From contig OZ240206.1 of the NCBI GenBank assembly GCA_965197405.1, positions 2,251,096 through 2,315,095 of the forward strand: a stretch of 64,000 nt of DNA. Reading direction: 5' to 3'. Under the pieces are notes generated by a model. That model did not search any database, was not told where the DNA came from, and saw nothing but the letters and a program-made list of their open reading frames with translations. This stretch comes from Dehalococcoidia bacterium. GTDB lineage: Bacteria; Chloroflexota; Dehalococcoidia; Lucifugimonadales; JAGWBF01. Of the stretch, positions 57,728 through 64,000 are shown piece by piece. The first letter of the stretch is position 1. The number at the start of each line of letters is the position of its first letter. The position numbers and the translations under genes are program-made.

Positions 57728-59944
57728 TCACCCGGGGACATCCACGGACGTATAGGCGAAAAATTTCGAGTCCCACCACTTCGCGTCCAACTCGCGGAAG
57801 AGAAAGTACCCGACCGAATCCTCCCAGGTCTCCGCTCCGGTGATTTTGTCTTTGATATACCCGAAGTCCTTCTTGAGCTGTGTTCCGAGGCCTTCAACCT
57901 TCCGGTCCGCCCCGGGGCGCTTGTAACTTTCGGGGAACCAGATCAGGTTCTTGAAGGGGCCGGACTTTTCAAAACGACTTAGGTGCCTCCCGTCCCGGTT
58001 GGAGTGGGACTCCACTAGCAGGACGGCCCGGACGGACGGCTGCTCCTCCAGGGGAGTACACCACGCGGCGTATCCCTCTTCGTTTTTGTCCTTGTAGCAT
58101 CGAAACCTTAGGTTGCCGTCCTTCTGCTCGTGGCGCACGTGCCAGTTGATGGGGTACCACATCTCGTAGTCCACGTTCACCACCTCCTGCTCCCCCGCGT
58201 CATTTATCACTCGATTGCTCAGGGTGTTTACCACCTCGGATATATCAGCGCTTCCCTGGGCGTACACCAACATCTCTACGGGCGTGTCGTCGTAGCTGTA
58301 GCTCGCCCGGAAGGCCACGAAGGCGCTGAACCCCAACATCAGGGCTGCTATGCCCAGACCTGCCAGCCTCACGCTCAGCCTCCTTGGGCGGGTCCGGAGG
58401 ATGAGGAAGGCCGACGCCGCGGCGATGACGACAATGGCCGCCAACAGGCCCCAGTCCCGCCAGGACTCCATACCTCCCGCCTCAAGAAAGTGATAGACCA
58501 CGTACGCGCCCGCCAGCAATATCAGGGGCGGCAGTACCAGGAGGGCTGAGGAGGTCCTTCGCAATACTCTCCGCCAGCTGACTCCCTCTATGTTGTCGCC
58601 GATGAACTTGCCCGCCAGGAGTATGAAGGGCAGGGCCAGGTTTACCAGGAGCCAGGGCATCTTCTCCGCTGCGATGGTGTAGGCCGCAAGGGTCAGAACG
58701 GCCCAGAAGCCCAGCATCATCCCGAACAGGTCGCCCTTCTTGAAATAGTAGATGATGGCGATGGCGCCGAAGACCAGGGGCAGGAACTCGTAGACGGAGC
58801 CGAGGATCAGGTGGTAATACAAAGGCTGCTCACCCCGTGCCACCCCCTGCTGGGCTATCCAGTAGCCAAGTCCTTGCCATATGCCGGTGTATAGCCCGTC
58901 CACGCAGGAACCCAGCTCCACCGGGAAATCCTCCGTAAAGGTGGAGGGGTGGATGATTGACGCAAACATGCCCGCGCACCGGGTGAAGGCGGTGGTGTAG
59001 AAGGTAATCCACACGCCATAGAAGATGCCCGCACACAGGAGCCACACCTTCCACCGCCATAACAGGCCCAGGACTATGGTTACGAGGATGGTGCCCGCGA
59101 TTATGCCCACGGACCAGGTCCAGCCCGAGTCCTCGGGGAGACCCACTTCCCCCGTGCCGCCTTCGGTGGTAATCAGCACCGCTCCGATGGTATCCTGAAA
59201 CATGCCGGCAAGGGCCGACCACTGGGGCAGCGTCAGGGTCGCCAGCAGGATGAGGAAGGCCGGGGCCGGCGACCTCATCATCTCCGACGTCTTTATCCGG
59301 CCCAGCAGCCAGGGAATGATTTCCGTGAGCGACATCAGGAGCAGGGCGGCGCCGAAGATGACCACCATGATGTAGCTGGTCTCCTTGGTGGCGAATGCCA
59401 GGGCCAGCACAGCCGAGGCCATATAGAGATAGCGGTTCTTGCCCTCGTTGAGGTATCGCCACATCAGGACCAGCAGCGCCAATGCCCAGAAGGCCATCAG
59501 TATGTCGTTTCGCCCGAAGCGGCTGAAATATATCATGGAAGGTGACAGGGCAAGGAGGATGGAGGTCACCACGGCGCCCGTCCTTCCCAGGTAGGTCCGC
59601 AGGAAGAAGGGCAGCGCAACCAGGGCGGTCCCGAAAAGAGCGTAGAGCAGGCGGGCCGTGAAGTCGGTGTCGGAAAATATCTTGAACATCAGGGCTGTCA
59701 GGTGTATCTGGAAGGGGCCGTGCATCCAGGGGCTGTGGACGTAGCCGTCTCCGATGGCCAAACGCCAGGAGTAGTGCACATGGATGCCCTCATCGTAGTT
59801 CATGGTGCGCCCGTCCAGCTCCCACAGTCGTAGGGCCAGGGCCGCCATGACCAGACCGGCGAAAATAGCCATGTCCCAGCTTGGACTTATCCTGAAAGGG
59901 GCCGATAGACCGTGGCCCATCAGCCTTTTAGCCTGCGCCTTCAT
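57728..59944 (-). CDS. GT-C-fold (PMT/ArnT-like) polytopic membrane protein, TIGR03663-like
   Basis: 738 aa with more than 12 hydrophobic helices. N-terminal loop motif NYDEGIHVHYSW..WMHGPFQIH. Overlaps the upstream DUF2298 gene by 17 nt. Confidence 0.65.
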   Translation of the reverse strand: MKAQAKRLMGHGLSAPFRISPSWDMAIFAGLVMAALALRLWELDGRTMNYDEGIHVHYSWRLAIGDGYVHSPWMHGPFQIHLTALMFKIFSDTDFTARLLYALFGTALVALPFFLRTYLGRTGAVVTSILLALSPSMIYFSRFGRNDILMAFWALALLVLMWRYLNEGKNRYLYMASAVLALAFATKETSYIMVVIFGAALLLMSLTEIIPWLLGRIKTSEMMRSPAPAFLILLATLTLPQWSALAGMFQDTIGAVLITTEGGTGEVGLPEDSGWTWSVGIIAGTILVTIVLGLLWRWKVWLLCAGIFYGVWITFYTTAFTRCAGMFASIIHPSTFTEDFPVELGSCVDGLYTGIWQGLGYWIAQQGVARGEQPLYYHLILGSVYEFLPLVFGAIAIIYYFKKGDLFGMMLGFWAVLTLAAYTIAAEKMPWLLVNLALPFILLAGKFIGDNIEGVSWRRVLRRTSSALLVLPPLILLAGAYVVYHFLEAGGMESWRDWGLLAAIVVIAAASAFLILRTRPRRLSVRLAGLGIAALMLGFSAFVAFRASYSYDDTPVEMLVYAQGSADISEVVNTLSNRVINDAGEQEVVNVDYEMWYPINWHVRHEQKDGNLRFRCYKDKNEEGYAAWCTPLEEQPSVRAVLLVESHSNRDGRHLSRFEKSGPFKNLIWFPESYKRPGADRKVEGLGTQLKKDFGYIKDKITGAETWEDSVGYFLFRELDAKWWDSKFFAYTSVDVPG

Positions 59945-62420
59945 CTCCCTCTACGACACCTTGCTGACTGCCCTGCACTCTTTCATAGATTACTACGCCG
60001 CTTCTCCGGAAAACGGGTTGCACCAGCGAGGGGAATCTGTCGAAGTTGCCAGGTCCGTAGGCCGTGCGCTCCCTTCTACCCACGTAGACGTACCTTATGT
60101 CGTAGGTGTCCAACACCTGCCGCACCTCCTCGGCATCGTCGCTGCGGTAGATCCGGGCCACCTGCTCCTCCCTGCCTCTGAAGGGGGCCTTGGAGCCTCG
60201 CCACTGGTGCTCGTGGCCTTTCCAGCCCAGGATGGTGGGCAGCCCCGTGCCGGCCGAGATGCGCCCGTATTCCGAGTAGTCGTCTCCGACCGCCTCCACG
60301 ATACGCCCCCAGGGGGCCTCATCCCGGAGCCACTGTATGGCCTCGTACTCGCCGGAATCGCCGCTGCTCCGGAGGAAAGCCAGCCCGTCCAGAGTGCGGT
60401 CGCCGGGGGCCTGGGTCTTGTCCAGGGCCGCCGCTACGGGGTAATAGACGGAGGCCAGCAGCAGGACCGCCACCAGGCTCAACCAGCCGTAGCCCAGGGT
60501 CCTGCCGAATGCCGCGAGTCGCCGCCGCACCGGTCCGCCGAGGCTCTCCGGGGGGCCTGTTGTTCCTATTGGCCCTATTGCCCCTATTACCAATGAGGGC
60601 ATGGGCCGTGAGCAACAGTAGTATAGGCCGTAGGCGGAAACGATGGCAAGGAGCAGCCATGCCTGGTAGTAGACCTTGAAAACCGTGTTCATCCTGTTGC
60701 CAAAGAGGTCCAGCAGGTAGAAAAGCTCCGCCCCCACCAGCAGGTATAGGGCCAGGGCCAATGGGAGCAGGGAAAACGCCGTCGCCCTTTCTTCACCATG
60801 CTTTACCCTCAGAAGCATGGTGTATGAGGCCACACCCACGATAGCCATGCCGGGTAGAAGTTTGGCGAACCTGGTCCCCACCGTACCCGCGTCCTTCACG
60901 GCGTTGCTGTCGAAGAGACCTATAAGCGACTCCCAGCCGGTCCACAGCGCGAGCAGCTCCCAGCCCGCCCACAGCAGGAAGGGCAGGACCGTTATCACCA
61001 GCACAATTGACAGGGGGCCGGGGTTCCTTTCCCTCAACCCGGGCACGGTCCATAGCTGCCTTAGCAGAAAGGAACCACTCAGCAAAAGCAGTGGCCCCCA
61101 TATCAGGAAGAAGAACAGCGGCCTGGTGCTGACCTCGCCGAGGGCCCTTATGCCGGAAGCCTGGCTTCCGAAGTTCGAGTAAAAGGGGATATACAGCGCC
61201 ACCGCCCCCACCAGCACGGGTGCCAGCAGCGCGAGAGAAGACAGCAGGACGTCGCGGACTCTGCACCCCGAGTCGCCGTAGCTTTTGACCAGGACCAGGA
61301 CTGCCAACAGCACGGCGAATACCGGAAAGTCCCAGGCGTTGATGAAGGCCAGCGACCCCAGGGCCAGCATTATGGCAAAGACCTCCCACGGGTGACGAAA
61401 AAGCCAGCGAAGCCCCAACCGCTCCTTGCAGACGAAGAGGTTCAGCCCCAGGGCCAAGACGAGTACCAGGAAGGGCAGGGAGGACACGTGAGCGTGGAGG
61501 TCTCCCAGGTAGAAGCTGAAGAAGGGGAACTCGGTGATGGTGTAGTCCAGGCTGGCCCCGTCCACCACGGTATCTATGACCCTGGTGGCGCGCCACCACC
61601 ACAGATAGTCGGTCGGGAAGACGCCGGGGACGGCCCCCGCGTCCATGCCCTCCAGACCCTTTATCGAGACCGACTCCCAGAACCCTTCCGACCCCAGGCC
61701 CCTGGCGTGCACCAGCTCCAACACGCCCTCCAGGTTCCCTATGAGGACCAGGAAGAAGGGCGCTGACAGGGCAAAGATGACGGCGCTTCTCATTCTCGCC
61801 CCGGACAGCCTTATCAGGTTGTAGACCAGGCTGAAGGCCGCAGCCCCCACCAGGGCCGGAATCAGCGCCATGGAGAGGTTATAGGAGACGTTGGACGGGA
61901 TGGCCGTGAGCTTGGTGAGGAAGGCCATCGCCAGGTGGCCGAAGTAGTAGTAGCTTATGGAATGACCGGCGAGCCACGGGTCCTCGGGCGGGAAATAGTC
62001 GCTCCTGAGTATGGAGTTGAGGAACGCGAAGTCCATGGGCTGCTCTGTATGGTTTATGGCCGGGGTGAAGGAGGTCAGCGAGAGCCATAGGAAGTAAAGC
62101 CCGAGGAAGACCATCTCGGATACGAGCAGGGCGGGCCATTCCCTGCGCAGGAAGGACGCTATATCCGGCAGCTTGCGCCACAGCACCAGCGATGAGGCCA
62201 GGGCCGCCACAGCCAGTATGGCGATGATGGTGTAGAGGGTGTTGGGCAGCAGGTGGGTGGAACCCAGCAGCCATAGAACATAGGAGAATAGAAGGAGAGC
62301 CAGGACCTTGGAGAGGCCCAGACCCCTATCGGGCAGACGGCGGAAGAGGATGAAGGCGAGGGGAAGGAGCACCAGCCCCAGGACTTCAACGATGAGGAGC
62401 CAGATCAAGGCGTGGTACAC
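59928..62420 (-). CDS. DUF2298/TIGR03662 'Chlor_Arch_YYY' membrane protein
   Basis: 830 aa and very hydrophobic. EQPMDFAFLNS and the hallmark YYYxG (SISYYYFGH, codons at about 61944-61952). Confidence 0.75.
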   Translation of the reverse strand: MYHALIWLLIVEVLGLVLLPLAFILFRRLPDRGLGLSKVLALLLFSYVLWLLGSTHLLPNTLYTIIAILAVAALASSLVLWRKLPDIASFLRREWPALLVSEMVFLGLYFLWLSLTSFTPAINHTEQPMDFAFLNSILRSDYFPPEDPWLAGHSISYYYFGHLAMAFLTKLTAIPSNVSYNLSMALIPALVGAAAFSLVYNLIRLSGARMRSAVIFALSAPFFLVLIGNLEGVLELVHARGLGSEGFWESVSIKGLEGMDAGAVPGVFPTDYLWWWRATRVIDTVVDGASLDYTITEFPFFSFYLGDLHAHVSSLPFLVLVLALGLNLFVCKERLGLRWLFRHPWEVFAIMLALGSLAFINAWDFPVFAVLLAVLVLVKSYGDSGCRVRDVLLSSLALLAPVLVGAVALYIPFYSNFGSQASGIRALGEVSTRPLFFFLIWGPLLLLSGSFLLRQLWTVPGLRERNPGPLSIVLVITVLPFLLWAGWELLALWTGWESLIGLFDSNAVKDAGTVGTRFAKLLPGMAIVGVASYTMLLRVKHGEERATAFSLLPLALALYLLVGAELFYLLDLFGNRMNTVFKVYYQAWLLLAIVSAYGLYYCCSRPMPSLVIGAIGPIGTTGPPESLGGPVRRRLAAFGRTLGYGWLSLVAVLLLASVYYPVAAALDKTQAPGDRTLDGLAFLRSSGDSGEYEAIQWLRDEAPWGRIVEAVGDDYSEYGRISAGTGLPTILGWKGHEHQWRGSKAPFRGREEQVARIYRSDDAEEVRQVLDTYDIRYVYVGRRERTAYGPGNFDRFPSLVQPVFRRSGVVIYERVQGSQQGVVEGDEGAG

Positions 62421-62518
62421 AGTCTACTCTACTGTGCTGTCCGGAAGCGCTTCATATCAGGGTGGGCGGCACATGACGCTTCATTCACTCTGCATGGAAC
62501 TACATGGAAGCCGGTCCG

Positions 62519-62736
62519 GTGGATCTCAAATGATTGTCACCCCGAGCGGAGCGGAGGGGTCTAAAATGCTGGCTGGCCGCGGTCTTGTTCTGCCGGTACG
62601 GCTTGATCCCGATTTTTGTTAGGCGCTATTTCAGATTCCTCACTCCGCTTCGCTCCATTCGGAATGACACGCGGCGGGGTCTGTATTCGTCTAACGTCCC
62701 TGTCTGACGCCAGGCAGGGAGAATCAAACAGGCCTG
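62519..62736 (+). mobile_element. MITE-like element, full copy (~218 bp)
   Basis: Left end is ..CAAATGATTGTCACCCCGAGCGGAGCGGAGGGGTCTAAAATGC. Right end is ..TTCAGATTCCTCACTCCGCTTCGCTCCATTCGGAATGAC..GGGAGAATCAAACAGGCCTG. Confidence 0.8.
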
Positions 62737-62762
62737 AACTGTTAGCCCCGGCCCGGGCCCTG

Positions 62763-63737
62763 CTATTCACGCTGGGGAGAGGGTACTGGCTCCAGCAGCA
62801 TCTCCACGAACTCCCTCGAATCGAAGGGGGCCATGTCCTGGAGCTTCTCCCCCGTGCCCATGAAGAGTATGGGAAGCCCAAGCTCGCTCTTTATGGCCAG
62901 GACGATGCCACCCTTCGCCGTGCCGTCCAGCTTCGCCAGGATGATGCCGGTGCAGTCCACCGCTTCGGTGAAGTGCCTGGCCTGAGTGAGGCCATTATGG
63001 CCTGTGGTGGCGTCCAGTATCAGGAGCACCTGGTGGGGGGCCGAGGGGTCGAGGCGGCTGAGCACCCGCCGTATCTTCTTGAGCTCTTCCATCAGGTTGG
63101 ACTTGGTGTGGAGGCGGCCTGCCGTGTCTATTATCAGCACGTCGGCCCCCCGGGCTTTGCTCGCCTCGTAGGCGTCGTAAGCCACCGCGCCCGGGTCGGC
63201 GCCTGGCTGGTGGCTCACCACCTCTACGCCCGCCCTCTGGCCCAACACCTCCAGCTGGTCTATGGCAGCCGCCCGGAAGGTGTCTGCGGCCCCGATAACG
63301 ACCTTTTTCCTCTCTTCCTTGAACTGGTAAGCCAGCTTGGCGATGCTGGTGGTCTTGCCCGCGCCGTTTACGCCCACCACCAATATGACGAAGGGCGAAG
63401 CGCCGTTGTCGGACTCCAGCCATGCGTCTGCCCTGTCGTTGGACTCCAGGCTGGATACCAGCTCCTCTTTGAGGGTCTCAATTACCTGCTCGGGCCGGTC
63501 TAGACGTTCTTCCCTCGCCCGTGTTTTCATGCGCTCTATGAGCTTCAGCGAGATGTCCACGCCCAAGTCGGCGGAGATGAGTATCTCCTCCAACTGCTCC
63601 CATACGCTGTCATCCAGGCGGGGCGAACCCCGCAGGACCCCCACTATGCGTCCGAACCAGGTCTCGCGGCTCCGGCGCACACCCTCCTGGGTCTTCTCTC
63701 TGTTCTTCTCCCTGTTTCTCTTGAGCAGTCTTAGCAT
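62763..63737 (-). CDS. ftsY: signal recognition particle receptor FtsY
   Basis: [22 protein letters not shown] and [11 protein letters not shown] motifs. Confidence 0.9.
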   Translation of the reverse strand: MLRLLKRNREKNREKTQEGVRRSRETWFGRIVGVLRGSPRLDDSVWEQLEEILISADLGVDISLKLIERMKTRAREERLDRPEQVIETLKEELVSSLESNDRADAWLESDNGASPFVILVVGVNGAGKTTSIAKLAYQFKEERKKVVIGAADTFRAAAIDQLEVLGQRAGVEVVSHQPGADPGAVAYDAYEASKARGADVLIIDTAGRLHTKSNLMEELKKIRRVLSRLDPSAPHQVLLILDATTGHNGLTQARHFTEAVDCTGIILAKLDGTAKGGIVLAIKSELGLPILFMGTGEKLQDMAPFDSREFVEMLLEPVPSPQRE

Positions 63738-63767
63738 GACGTCTCAGCGCCGTGTCTTTGGCGAGAT

Positions 63768-64000
63768 TCATGTCCTCGTAGCGGTCTCCAGCCGGCGAAG
63801 GGCTTCCTCAGCCGCCTGCTTCTCGGCGTCCAGCTTTCGCTTCCCCCGGCCCCTGCCCATTACCTGGCCGTCCATGACGACTTCTATGTCGAAGCTCTTG
63901 TTATGGTCGGGGCCGTCTACTTCCACGAGCCGGTAGTATGGAGTCTCGCCACCCATGCTCTGCGCCAGTTCCTGGAGGCGAGACTTGGGGTCCTCGGGCA
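63768..64000 (-). CDS. rnc: ribonuclease III, C-terminal dsRBD part; 5' end is outside the window
   Basis: The frame is open to the window edge (..DPKSRLQELAQSMGGETPYYRLVEVDGPDHNKSFDIEVVMDGQVMGRGRGKRKLDAEKQAAEEAL). Confidence 0.8.
   Translation of the reverse strand, partial: PEDPKSRLQELAQSMGGETPYYRLVEVDGPDHNKSFDIEVVMDGQVMGRGRGKRKLDAEKQAAEEALRRLETATRT

Overview
High-GC (about 60% by eye) bacterial chromosomal segment. It holds about 60 protein genes, three tRNAs, and no rRNA, CRISPR array, transposase or integrase. The gene content is mostly housekeeping. It includes the conserved rpsB-tsf-pyrH-frr-uppS-cdsA-dxr-rseP-ispG-proS block, a complete F1Fo ATP synthase operon, argS, cca, ftsY and rnc. 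It also includes proC, pdxA, a DinG-exonuclease fusion, ada, rex, and a split methylmalonyl-CoA mutase/epimerase/acyl-CoA dehydrogenase operon. The adjacent TIGR03662 (YYYxG, DUF2298) and TIGR03663-like membrane giants and a 168-aa EF-Ts suggest a Chloroflexota-type genome; this is inference only.

Four things stand out.
1. About 3 kb (roughly 5%) of the window is a modular family of hairpin repeats. They assemble into MITE-like elements of about 185-215 bp with about 19-bp terminal inverted repeats. I count at least 7 full copies plus nested composites, nearly all pressed against gene ends.
2. One copy sits inside cdsA and keeps the reading frame open, adding about 60 codons.
3. A thioredoxin-like/NHL-repeat gene has an in-frame TGA at the first Cys position of its CxxC motif, with an SD-led ATG 47 codons upstream. 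This makes it a selenoprotein candidate.
4. A small accessory patch (41.7-46.5 kb) holds an orphan PD-(D/E)XK nuclease, a tRNA-Met, and a cca-linked cassette. The cassette comprises a zinc-ribbon micro-protein plus two tandem helical paralogs and a decayed cassette fragment.

I could not demonstrate a recognisable multi-gene defence or other novel system from sequence alone. All family assignments come from motif recognition by eye and need HMM/BLAST confirmation. Repeat coordinates may be off by a few nt.
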